A DNA stretch of 64,000 bases. Source: Podarcis muralis (taxonomy: Eukaryota). The notes below the pieces were generated by a model that did not search any database, was not told where the DNA came from, and saw only the letters and a list, made by a program, of their open reading frames with translations. Numbering within the stretch: the first letter of the stretch is position 1; each line of letters begins with the position of its first letter. The stretch lies in contig NC_135662.1 of assembly GCF_964188315.1 (NCBI RefSeq), positions 80,848,001-80,912,000 of the forward strand, in the 5' to 3' direction. Shown piece after piece: positions 1 to 60,345 of the stretch. The position numbers were made by a program, and so were the translations under genes.

Positions 1-1437
1 ATTAAAAAACACGGTTTTTCTCATGGTGAAATTTCCAGAATTTTCACTTTAACTAAGTAATATTAACAACACTGCTGGTGCTGTTACCAAGTGCGCTTAT
101 TTTGCACTCAACAGCTGCTGTATTTAACTCTCAGTTGCTTGATTCTACCTGCACCTGTACAAAATATCTTATTTACAATATTTCAGTTTCGCATTTGGGT
201 CTCCAAAAGAGCCCCCTTTCAATATTGAGTGGAAATATATAGTTATGTTTTTGGTGCAGGAAGTCAGGGAAGTGGAACAGTCATGCTACTGCCCAAGAGG
301 ATGGAGGACTGATAATGGGCATGTGTTGATCTGGTGAAGTCAGGAGTTTACCAGAAATTTGAGGAAGAAGCAAAACTCCAGCCACTCCCTGCCTACTAAA
401 CGAAATGGGTACTATGCAGCTTATAGGTTGGCAAGTGTATTAGAGAACGAATTTTAGACTTTTATTTTGCAATTTATAGGGTCCAGTCAACATTGCTTAA
501 GAGCAGAGTATTCTTAGTTGTCAAGTTTTTGCATTCTGATGTCTTCCATTTCCCTACAGCAGCTGGACACGTGTAACTTCAAAGGCTTAAATGATTTATT
601 CTAGTGGATTTCTTCTTTCCTAGAAACTAAGAGCTGGGGTTCAAAACCTTAAAAACAAGACACTCCAAAACAACACTCTAAAAATAAGATGAGATCTTGC
701 TGTATTTGTAAGTGAAGTATTATCTTTTTAAGGTAGACTCAGCTTTCAGCAACAATTTAAGCCTGGACTCATAAGGGCCAGCCACTTTCAAGTAGTCAAA
801 ATTGTGGTTCCTAAATCAAAGGACTTTTATTCAACCAGTGATCTTTAATTAAAATACAATGCTAAACAATTCACAGAGTTGTGGATTAAAATGAATACAG
901 AACCATAGAGACTTGGTAAGGAGACAGAACCTGCTTCCAGTTAGCAGGGTCAATGGTACAAAATATGTAGGCCAGACTCTTATAAAATGGTTCCTGGAAG
1001 CCCCATTTCCTCGTTTTCTTTTTTAAAAACCATCATTATAAAAAGTAGTACAAACTTAGGAGTCTGTTCCTATGTCCAAGAAGCAGCTATTGTATTTCCT
1101 AGGAGCTATGTGCAAAAAGTATGCCCCTCTGTGTCCCACCCTAATCCCCAGAACAACAAAAAAATATCGTCTCCCAGTTTTCTACATTAAAAAAATATAC
1201 AAGCATATAATACATTTATTCAATAAAGACACATTTTAGAGATCTATGTAGGAAATAATTTTGCTTACATAATTTTATGAAAGAAAAAAGAGAGGATTCA
1301 ACTGTTTGATTCTATTTCGTATGCAATAAATAGGGCTGGGCAAAAGTCATTAGTCCCAACAAGATTTGCCAAAGTCCCACATTTAATTCCGGAAACAGAT
1401 GTTATATGAAGTAATATCGGTGTGTTCAGTAAAATTA
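1..1437 (-). other. SLC12A7: 3' UTR / downstream region of SLC12A7
   Basis: AT-rich sequence after the stop. Minus-strand AATAAA hexamers at 1215-1220, 826-831, 595-600 and 461-466. The true cleavage site is unknown. Confidence 0.6.
1215..1220 (-). terminator. Candidate proximal poly(A) signal AATAAA
   Basis: About 220 nt past the stop, followed on the minus strand by U/GU-rich tracts (ttttttttgttgttctgggg). Confidence 0.5.
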
Positions 1438-49800
<48,363 letters not shown>

Positions 49801-50586
49801 CTACCATGAAACAATGAATACAAGCAGGGTTATTTTTTAGTGTACAAACAAACCAAATATCAACCTAAAAGTAGTAATAAAAACAATCTTAAGAGCAAGA
49901 TGAATAAAATCACAAGATAATAAAGTAACCATCATAATGATAATAAAAAAGCTTTAAAAAGTAGCATAGGATATATGTACAAGGTTCATATTTGTATCAA
50001 AAATCCCAAATAATCATGAATGTTCCCGAATAGATCATATTTAATGGGAATACACCAACTATGTTTGGTCATATGCATCATAAGCAGTCCCCAAGCAGAA
50101 ACAAAGGGGTCCACATCACCCCAGGGACTCATATTTTAGGAGTCAGCTTTTTTCAGAAATGACAATAAATATGACTTGTTAAATCCACAGATGCATAGAA
50201 TAACAAGATGCATCCTTTCACCCTGGAGAGATCACTAGAGAAGTGGCAACCAACAGATACAGAATTAATTGTTGAGAGGTTAAGTCAACACTGACACTGT
50301 CAGAAATGGGTAAGAGACATAGTTTAGCATCCAAATGACTTGTGTGCCAACAATAATATCAATCTCCATTACAGCTTGCTTCCAGAACTTGTGTATAGTT
50401 ACATACCCACCATGTATGCCGATATGTTATGCTGGTGGGATTATAAGGTATGAGAAACAAAACCACAGTTATAAGCAGATATATCAAAGCATTTAACTGT
50501 AAACACAAATACTCCAGTAAGACCTTTAATTCCGTAACTCTATGTGTGACAGAACAGTATTTGTCTCCAAGTATCTGAATGAATGT

Positions 50587-50946
50587 GGACGCGGGTGGCG
50601 CTGTGGGTAAAAGCCTCAGCGCCTAGGACTTGCCGATTGAAAGGTCAGCGGTTCGAATCCCTGCAGCGGGGTGCGCTCCCGTTGCTCGGTCCCAGCGCCT
50701 GCCAACCTAGCAGTTCGAAAGCACCCCCGGGTGCAAGTAGATAAATAGGGACCGCTTTCTAGCGGGAAGGTAAACGGCGTTTCCGTGTGCGGCTCTGGCT
50801 CGCCAGAGCAGCGATGTCACGCTGGCCACGTGACCCGGAAGTGTCTTCGGACAGCGCTGGCCCCTGGCCTCTTGAGTGAGATGGGCGCACAACCCCAGAG
50901 TCTGGCAAGACTGGCCCGTACGGGCAGGGTACCTTTACCTTTACCT
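50587..50946 (+). mobile_element. Sauria SINE, subfamily B, full length
   Basis: GGACGCGGGTGGCGC head, GGTTCGAATCC B box; TSD tatctgaatgaa at 50572-50583 and 50947-50958. Confidence 0.92.
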
Positions 50947-51821
50947 TATCTGAATGAAACTTTACAGAATCTGTGGGGATTCAGACCTTGTTTTAATAAA
51001 TTGACACTAAAAGTTCATATTAAACATAAATCCGCTTTTCCTGGAAGAATAGCCAACTGTCAACACCACTACAATCTGCTAGAGAGGAAAACAATTGAGA
51101 AGCTCCCCAAGAACTGAACTTTACAAGTAAAAAATAATAGAAACCTAAGCCCACTTTCATGGTTCTAGTTCCCACACTCAGGAATTTGTTATTCCACACT
51201 CCAGTGTCCCCAAACACTAACCAAAGTACACAGTCAGATCACATGAGATGATGTCTATAAATTGCCCACAAAAAAACAAACTTGCAAGGATCTGTACTCT
51301 GAACTGCATGAATTCCACACAACTTTAAAGTGCAAAAGGTGCAGAATTCTTCATGTAAAACTTAGTATATGTTCCCAAAAAAATCCAAAGTTGTATGTAC
51401 CGTATTAAATGGCATACAGAACATGGTATAGATATGCAGTATTTTTGGAATCACACACTTTCATTCTGCTTCATATTCAAACTCCGTTTTCCTCAAGATG
51501 CACAATTTCCCTGTGTGCATCACAATTATTATTTTTACACTCTCCAAATGTTCTTACTTCCCAGTTTTATTTGCAGTAGTTGCTTACATAAAAATTGTCC
51601 TTGTTAGGTGACTATAACTTTTCAGACCATAATTTAGCATTCAAAAAAACTTTTTTCAAAGCAAATTATTTTAACCATTGCCATCTAATTGTCTTCTGTG
51701 ACTTTTCACCCTCCTTGTGTCCAGGGTAACTATTTGGCACCTCAATGTTGTTTATGAGAGTAAAAGCAATTGCCATACAATAAAAGAACTCTAACAAATA
51801 GCACTCTAACTCTAACAAGTA

Positions 51822-52180
51822 GGGACGCGGGTGGCGCTGTGGGTAAAAGCCTCAGTGCCTAGGGCTTGCTGATCGAAAGGTCGGCGGTTCGAATCCCCGC
51901 GGCGGGGTGCGCTCCCGTTGCTCGGTCCCAGCGCCTGCCAACCTAGCAGTTCGAAAGCACCCCCGGGTGCAAGTAGATAAATAGGGACCGCTTACTGGCG
52001 GGAAGGTAAACGGCGTTTCCGTGTGCTGCGCTGGCTCGCCAGATGCAGCTTTGTCACGCTGGCCACGTGACCCGGAAGTGTCTCCAGACAGCGCTGGCCC
52101 CCGGCCTCTTAAGTGAGATGGGCGCACAATCCTAGAGTCTGTCAAGACTGGCCCGTACGGGCAGGGGTACCTTTACCTTT
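51822..52180 (+). mobile_element. Sauria SINE, subfamily B, full length
   Basis: Intact head and B box with (ACCTTT)2 tail; TSD-like taacaaRtag. Confidence 0.92.
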
Positions 52181-53694
52181 AACAAATAGCAACTCCTCCC
52201 CCAAGTCCAGTTCTTTCATCACTATGACATTTTTTTCTAGTTACAGGTAGGTAGCCATGTTGATCTGCCATAGTCGAAACAAAATAAAAAAATTCCTTCC
52301 AGTAGCACCTTAGAGACCAACTAAGTTTGTTATTGGTATGAGCTTTCGTGTGCATGCACACTTCTTCAGTTTTTTTTTCTAGAAATGGTTCTCCAAGAGA
52401 TCCAGGATTAATGCTCAGATATGGATGAGATCTGAGGGAGTAGTGGGCATGAGAGTAGTAAATGGATGAGACAAGCCACCAACATGTAAAAGGTCAGCAA
52501 GAGCCTGTGGGGTCCTGATTTTAAGTGATTTATTTTGCGCTAGCAGTTTACTTGCAAAACTTTTTATACCATGTGTGGTCTCTCTAGTGTAGTTGTATTA
52601 GGAAAGCTCTTCTAGACATGATAATGAGCTTCTTTCTGCTTAGTTGCAACAGAAATCATGCTTGCAGACATCCATGAAAACAGGACTTTCAGCACCAGTG
52701 TTGTGCATACTTTCAACAAGAACTGGTTCCCTCATAATACTACCTCATCACAACCTAACAGTATATATTAAAGGGGGATCTTTTCCAGCCTGAGAGCCAC
52801 ATGTCACTGGTGGGTGGGTCCAGAAACAAGTGGATGGAGCAACAAATGTACATTTTACCTTTGAGTTCTGTTCATTTTGCATTCTACCAACTCAACTGCA
52901 CCTCTGAGAGAATGTGTAATGTCATTTCTGATCTCTCCTTTCATTACACATTTAGTGTCCAAAAAAGAAGCCACCCTTCCTTACTCTCCTTATCCTTTGA
53001 TTCCACTATTGATCAAACAGGTTTGTAGTCATGAAAGACTTTCAGCCATACAAGCCAAATGTGCCTACCAATTACATATGGCAAGACTTACTCCTAAAGG
53101 AAAACAGCAGTACTTTTTAGACCACTAAAAAAGAAAAAGAAAAGAAGATGAAGAATGAAGCAAAGACCTTTCAACCAGTTTTTCTTTCTAAAAATAGAAC
53201 AACTACTGCAGGGGAAAAAACCCAAACACGAATGTAAAAACAGCCTAATACATGTTTTACAAACTGTAAAGCAATAAACTGCAAACAAAGCTTTAATAGG
53301 TTTGCCCAGACACGTTATATGAGTAGCGCTAGAAACTATCAACATCACAATGAAGATTTAACAATGTAATCAAGCGATACATTTCTATTTTGAAAAGCAG
53401 GCAAGACAAATCTTGTATCTGTTTTGAAGTAGTTATATAGCAGATTAGCCAGATGCTGACTGGCAGAACGCTTTCAAAGTAATGAACTTGTTGCATGCCA
53501 AAAAGGCAGCACACTTCCACTCTTCTATCCACCAGCTATAACAGGTATCTTTAGAATTCTTTTTTCAGCTAATGTTTGGCAATTTACAGACATTACCTGA
53601 AGTCAGAGCCACAAAAATATGTTCCAACACCAATGACCACATTCAGAGCAGATCTAGATCCAGAACCACACAGCTAATGAGTACTTGACTTATT

Positions 53695-54840
53695 ATTGTT
53701 TTTGTTGGTGGTGGTGTTATTGCTTATTAAAATTTATATAGCACCCTTCACTCACAGATCTCAGGCCGGCTCACAACACAAAAATACAACATAAAAGTAG
53801 GAAATACAGGATAAAAACAAGAACTACCACTACACAAAAAACAATACCCACCACCCCTTGCGCCTCCCACAACCTTTTTTAAAAAGGGTGTAAGATGTTT
53901 ATCAGCCAAAGGCCTGGTGGAAGAGGAATATTTTCACATGTCGCCTAAAGGTGTATAATGAAGGTGCCAGGCAAGCCTTCCTTGGGAGAGCATTCCACAA
54001 AGGAGGAGCCACCACAGAAAAGGCCTGTTCTCATGTTGCCACCTTCTGGACTGCTTGTGGAGGATGGAAATGAAGGAGGTCCTCAGATGATGATATCAGG
54101 GTCTAGGTAGGTTCATATGGAGAGAGGCAGACCTTGAGGTATTGTGGTTCTGAGCCATTTAGGGCTTCATAGGTCAAAATCAGCACTTTGAATTGGGCCC
54201 AGAAACTAATTGGCAGCCAGTTCAGTTGACCAGGATCTGTGTAATATGCTCAAACCGTCTTGTCATGGTGAGCAACCTGGCCACCAAATTCTGCACTAGC
54301 TGAAGTTTCAGAACCATCTTCAGAGGTAGCTGTACAGATAACATGTTGCAGTAATTCTAAACCTAGGGGTTACCAGACCATAGACAACAGTTGTTGGGCT
54401 ATCTCTGAACCACCCACTAACAGTGCCTCAGTCTTATCTGATTGAGCTTCAGTTTGTTGGCTCTCATCCACTCCTTTACCGAGGCAAGACAATGGTCCAG
54501 CATATCCACTGCCTCACCTGCAAATGTAAAGGAGAAGTAGAGCTGAGTGTCATCAGCATATTGTGACAATGTACTCCAACCCTCCAGATGACCCCAACTC
54601 AGTGGTTTCATGTAGATTTAGAGGATAAAATTGAACAGTGAGAAACCCCACTGAAGGCTCCACGGGGCTGAAGAACTCTCCCCAAGCATCACTCTCTAGA
54701 AATGTCCATCCAAGTAGGACTGGAACCACCATAAAGCAGTGCCACCCACCCACCCACCCACCCACCCACAACTCCGCTGCACAAGGATATCATTGTCAAG
54801 GGTATTGAACAATGCTGAGAGTCGAGAAGATGTAACAGGG
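53695..54840 (-). mobile_element. L2 LINE, RT region through 3' end, decayed
   Basis: QYADDTQLYFSF in ORF 54417-54611; typical L2 3' segment at 53900-54350. Confidence 0.85.
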
Positions 54841-55326
54841 ACGCACTTTCCCTGTCTTTCTCCTAACAGAGGTCTCTGTATAGAAAGCAGGTACACTCAC
54901 AGAAGAAAGCCCTCAACAATCTCAATGAGCTATATATATAATATAGGGAAGAGGTATTTCTTCAGATAGGCAGCATCCAGCCTGTGCAGGGCTTTAAAAG
55001 GTCAAAATCAGCATTTCTGCCTGCTTGCCTATAGGTACACTTCAGTGTTCGTATTTACGACCTGTATATCTATTTCCTTCATGCTGGAACTCTAAATGGT
55101 TTATTTCAGATTCCTAAGAGATACTCCTTCCAAGTAATGACTGGATAGACATATGCGTAGCTTAAGCAAGATTGCCATGTACGGCTATGGTAATGTATGT
55201 ATAGCTATGGGAAAGGCTTTATTACATGATAAAAATAGTGAAAGGTTAAGGAAATACGCCACCAAATACACAAAAGAATTAAGATGAAATATATCAAACA
55301 ACTGATAGAATTAGTAGGTGCAGTGT

Positions 55327-55329
<3 letters not shown>

Positions 55330-55372
<43 letters not shown>

Positions 55373-55410
55373 TTATTATTTATACCTCGCCCATCTGGCT
55401 GGGTTTCCCC
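55330..55410 (-). repeat. (AAT)n microsatellite forming an L2 tail
   Basis: About 14 units followed by tttatacctcgcccatctggctggg. Confidence 0.8.
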
Positions 55411-56997
55411 AAGTGTTAAGTAGAAATAATAAAAACAGTAAAACATCTTAAGGACTGTAACATACATTCTTCAAAACCAAAGGAGGGTTATCAAGACTTT
55501 TTAACTGGATTATTATCCACCTGGCTTGCCTTTAAAAAAGTGGTGGTTTCAGGCTCAGATGCCAAGCAAACATCTTCTGAGTTATGCATTGCTTGCCTCC
55601 TGAGTTCAATTTGGGTTTTGAAAAGTTCTTGGGCTGCAGAAAATATGAGCAAATATTAAATGCTCTCATTTTATTACCTGAAGTGAAAATTGATTTGAGA
55701 ATGTTGAGAAACGATTACAAATATGGAAAGAGAGGGGCAGAACAGAACACAGGAATGGAGGGGAGGCTAAAGAAATGGAGAAAAGAAGATGGAAGGGGGG
55801 AGAGGTCCTCGCTTCCTCACAGCCCCCACCCCACTTTATGAAATGTCATAGACAAATACTGAGGCAATTGAGATAGTATGAATTGCTGAATGATGCCATA
55901 TAAAAAGGAAGCAGTCCTCTGCAAAAAGAGCAACTTGTTTACAGGAACATTTCTAACCTCTGTAATTCACAACAAAGTGAATTAATTTACTAATGTGACC
56001 AAATTTATTAGGAAAGTCTTCCATTCTAAAGATAACACTGAAATTTAGGCCTCATATCTAAGAAAGGGACACGAGTGCTAAAAGAAAAAGTAGTACACAC
56101 AGCTGAAGCCTTTGCTTGATGTTTTTATTGCAACAATTCCTTCACAGGGCCAGCATTTTATCTACAATGGAGGTGTTAAAAACAGGTTTACGTGGATTCA
56201 GTTGCACAAATTGGATGGGGAGGAGGAAGGTTTGCTAATTCAAATAGGTTAGTAACAATCTATTAACTTTCAACATGATTTTAAACAAATGCAATCCTTT
56301 GCAAACCAATTTTCCTAGCTTCCTTATCTACAGGCAGCTGCAACAAACAGAACAAAAATAAAGAGCATGACTATCCTGTTGACCTCTGAGCCTAATGAGT
56401 CTTATCCTTAGGAAGCCTATAAATCTTATTTAAAAAATCCTCAGCATTACACATCCTCAGAAAAGGAAGGATTATTCCTCATTAGCCCATTTGTATTAGT
56501 GTGACAAGGCATAGCATATCTCATGTTCAAAACACAACACTTTAGGTGTAAAAGGAAACAAGATTTCTACCTGGAACTTAGTAAGGGAACAGTTTAGCAG
56601 CCAACAAGCAAACAGGACTTGTCTTCTGAAGCACCTCTTTCACAAACACTAGAGGAGGTCAGAGGAAATTGTGAAACACTTTTAGTGGGACTTAAAGCAC
56701 ACTTAAGAATGCGTTCGACTGTAGCAAAGACAAATAATGTCAGCACCTACAGTAAATACAAAATTGTGAGCTGTAGGCAGTATGAAATAGCAACGTAAGT
56801 GCACGTAAAATAAGACCTGTGATCACAGCAGCTTTTTGGCAGCCGATTATGACCTGTTCTCATACCATACTAGTTACAGATTTAAAATTTTAATACAGTA
56901 TACACAAATAGAGATAGTAATACTGATTAGTATTGCTAGCATTATTTGGATTGTGTGCAAGCCTGTTCACCAACTGAAATCTTCCCCACAGGCCTGA

Positions 56998-57180
56998 TGT
57001 AGATAAATAGGTACTGCTCCAGCGGGAAGGTAAACGGAGTTTCCGTGCGCTGCTCTGGTTCGCCAGAAGTGGCTTAGTCATGCTGGCCACATGGCTTCCT
57101 TGGCCAGTAAAGCGAGATGAGCTCTGGAACCCCAGAGTCGTTCACGACTGGTCTTAACTGTCAGGGGTCCTTTACCTTTA
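56998..57180 (+). mobile_element. Sauria SINE, subfamily A, truncated and internally deleted
   Basis: 3' half of the consensus with tail. Confidence 0.8.
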
Positions 57181-57569
57181 TTATATTCTTGCATTGTGTA
57201 TTTTATTGCACTTTGAGGTTTACTGCAGTTCTGCCTTGAGCTATTCGGCAAAAGGAAGGGAATAAATATTTTAATTTAATGAACAAGTCTCTAAACCCAA
57301 CTCTTCCCCATGTCACTGTTTGTCCAACCCCAATGCTGCAGAGTTCTGCCTAAACCTACTCTAACAACCTCAATCAACACATGACAATCTGCAAATACTA
57401 ACAAACTCTGAATCATTAAGATTCCTAGACAGTTATGCCAGCTCTGCTATTGTGCGATAAGTATTCCCATCAATAGGAACAAGGAATTTTGGATTACTTA
57501 ACAGTCTTCTGAACTCCAACATAGACTTTATTTTTAATCTTGGGTCACTGACACGTTTCTCTGTAAATT

Positions 57570-58020
57570 CCATCCAACAAAGTCCCTGCTGCTGCCATTT
57601 ATATTATTCTCCTGGACTTCTCAGCGATATTCAATACCATCAACAATGATATCTTCCTGGATCACTTATATGGTTTGAGGTCTGGGTCGCACTGTCATCA
57701 GTACACAAATGACATACATTTCACTTCCATCTTCAGATCCCAGGGAGGCTGTAGAAGTCTTACATGGGCAATATTGGGATGGAGAAGGCGAAACAAATCA
57801 AAATTAAATCCACGTAAGATGGAGGAATTGTGAGTCAGGCCATTGACTGCTCCAGCAGGTGGTTTACAGCTGGTCCTACATGAAGATCCAAGTTCAGAGT
57901 TTGGGAGTCCTTCTGAATAACATGCTGACAGATGGCATCAACAGCCAGAGGTGGACTTCTTCAGCTTTGCCCTGTGGGTCAGCTGCGTCTCTATCTAGAG
58001 AGGTCTGACCTAGCACAGTA
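57570..58020 (+). mobile_element. L2 LINE RT fragment, decayed with deletions
   Basis: ILLDFSAIFNTI...FLD, a decayed LLDLSAAFDTI motif. Confidence 0.65.
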
Positions 58021-58593
58021 ACCTTTGCCCATCTGATATAAATTCAATAGTTGGAATTCAAAGGCTGTTGTCCCACAATAACCTCAGCCAAGCAGTTTTA
58101 AGGAGCCCCTGACCTGCCACTGGCTCACATGAGGCAGTGGTGGGATGGGGGCTCTATTAAACTGCTCCCCCTCCCCAGCTGAGAGAGCCCCGACCTCGCT
58201 CCTGCTTGCACAAGAGTAGGAGCGGGATCAGGGCTGCGCAGCTGAGAAGTGCAAGCCCGCCTTTCCCAGATGAGAAAGGCCTGGTGTGCAGAGCCAGAAA
58301 GATGGAGCCCATCCTCCCAGCGGAAGGCAGCCAGGCGGTCGCTCTTTGATGCTGCTGGCGGTTCCAGAGTTGTCCAGCAGCCCCTCGCAAAATGCAGAAA
58401 GGGTGGCTTTGCACCCCACGCCTTACGGAATTCAGCAGGTGGGCTCTGTCCTTTCTCCTGGGGTGAATGACACCCCCCCCCCCCGGGAAAGAGGCAGCAC
58501 ACCCGCACGGGCGAAGGCTAAGGCAGTCAAACGCAAGGAGCCTGACAGGCTTGGTCCGTCTTTGGGGAGTGGGGAGCAAGCAGGCAAGGTAGC

Positions 58594-58596
58594 TTG

Positions 58597-58636
<40 letters not shown>

Positions 58637-58638
58637 CC
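58594..58638. repeat. (GCCT)n microsatellite
   Basis: Direct observation; source of the AGRQ/ACLP repeats in the ORF track. Confidence 0.95.
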
Positions 58639-58960
58639 ATCGAAAGCAGAGGGAGCCTGGCCAAGGCGCCCTGAGTCCCCTGCTGGTTGCGTGCTGGCTC
58701 CGCTGGGGGCAGGAGCTCACCTGTCCCCCAGCTGAGCAGCAGGCTTGAGCCAGCTATATTGGCCTCAGACTGTGAGGTGCTGGGGTGAAAACGCCTCAGT
58801 TCCCATGGTGAGAGTTGCAGCAGTTTCACCCAGTACCTCGCCAGTTGGTGCTGATGCAGCTTTTTTCAACATCACTGTTTATCACTACACTGTGATGTTG
58901 AAAACCCAACACTGCCCAGCCCTAAGGATCATCTGGGGAAATTTTACTTATCACAGGTTA

Positions 58961-59331
58961 AAAAGGTAAAGGTAAAGGTACCCCTGCCCGTACGGGCCAG
59001 TCTTGCCAGACTCTAGGGTTGTGCGCTCATCTCACTCTATAGGCTGGGAGCCAGCGCTGTCCGCAGACACTTCTGGGTCACGTGGCCAGCGTGACAAGCT
59101 GCATCTGGCGAGCCAGCGCAGCACACGGAACGCCGTTTACCTTCCCGCTAGAAAGCGGTCCCTATTTATCTACTTGCACCCGGGGGTGCTTTCGAACTGC
59201 TTAGGTTGGCAGGCTAGTGCTTTCGAACTGCTAGGTTGGAGCGCACCCCGCCGCGGGGATTTGAACCGCCGACCTTTCGATCGGCAAGTCCTAGGCGCTG
59301 AGGCTTTAACCCACAGCGCCACCCGTGTCCC
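58961..59331 (-). mobile_element. Sauria SINE, subfamily B, full length with internal rearrangement
   Basis: TSD tatcacaggtt at 58949-58959 and 59334-59344. Confidence 0.9.
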
Positions 59332-60181
59332 TCTATCACAGGTTGGTGATCCAAAAAAGGGCATTTCCCACCATTACCCTTGTACTGTGGAATTTCCTTC
59401 CCTCTGCCCTATGTGAAAGATTGTGCACCAGCTGTTTCAGGTATATTGTATTTTTGTCTAGGCAAAGTAAAGCAGCAGCATATGGAAGGCACCAGTGGTT
59501 AGTCACACAACTCACATCTGATATCAATTCAAGAGTTGGAATTCAGAGGCCGTTGTCCCATAATAACCAACAGCATCAGTGCCCTGACTTAGTCCCAGTT
59601 GAAACCAGTGAGACTAAGGCATGCTTTAAATTGCAGTATTGAAGCCTAGGAAAATAAAAGTGATAGTTCTGCAGCTAAAAAAAATGAAAGATATGTGGCA
59701 ATATACACCAAATATTTGTAACCATTGTTTGTATATTGACTTATTGTGCAATATCACCCACTGCTAGGCATATTAAACCTAGTGTTTTAGGGAGGCGACT
59801 GTACAAACTCTGCAGAAGGTTGCAAAAAATTTCCCAGCTGTTCAAAGCTATTTGGTCTAAAGTGTGAAATCCTATTAAATCAACAAGCCTTTGTCACATC
59901 AATAACTACCATGAAACAGACTGTGAGGATAGAAGCTCCCATGTCTCAGCATATATGCATCACACAGCAAATTGTGTGAAAAGGAAAGGATCAGTGATCC
60001 TTCTCTTCAAGTAATTTTCCACGCTGGCAAGGGATGCAAAAACTGCCATGGCTGGTTTGAAATTCATTGATAGTGATGGATCTCAACAGGGGGAACATAT
60101 TAAAATCTGAAATCAAATGAGCCAGTCTGCTCTGAAAAATATATTGGGTGGTATCCAACTAAACAGTTCCACTAGCATAAA

Positions 60182-60345
60182 GACTTTTAGCTGTGCAATG
60201 CAACTTCCCCAGCCCCTTCTCTCCCAGTTACCCCTTAAATTTGTTCTGGGGATTCCACCAGTCCTTTGAAAAAGATTCAAGGGGCATATAGAGGACACAT
60301 GGGGAAAGTTGAGTGCGGAGAAGTTCCACTGCACAACTAAAAGTC
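60182..60345. mobile_element. Small MITE-like element (unclassified)
   Basis: 26-bp inverted termini GACTTTTAGCTGTGCAATGCAACTTC / GAAGTTCCACTGCACAACTAAAAGTC, 3 mismatches. Confidence 0.55.

Noticed and set aside
58125-58829. Cluster of long overlapping ORFs (up to 187 aa)
   Set aside because: Explained by high GC content and the (GCCT)n microsatellite (AGRQ/ACLP repeats); no recognisable domain.
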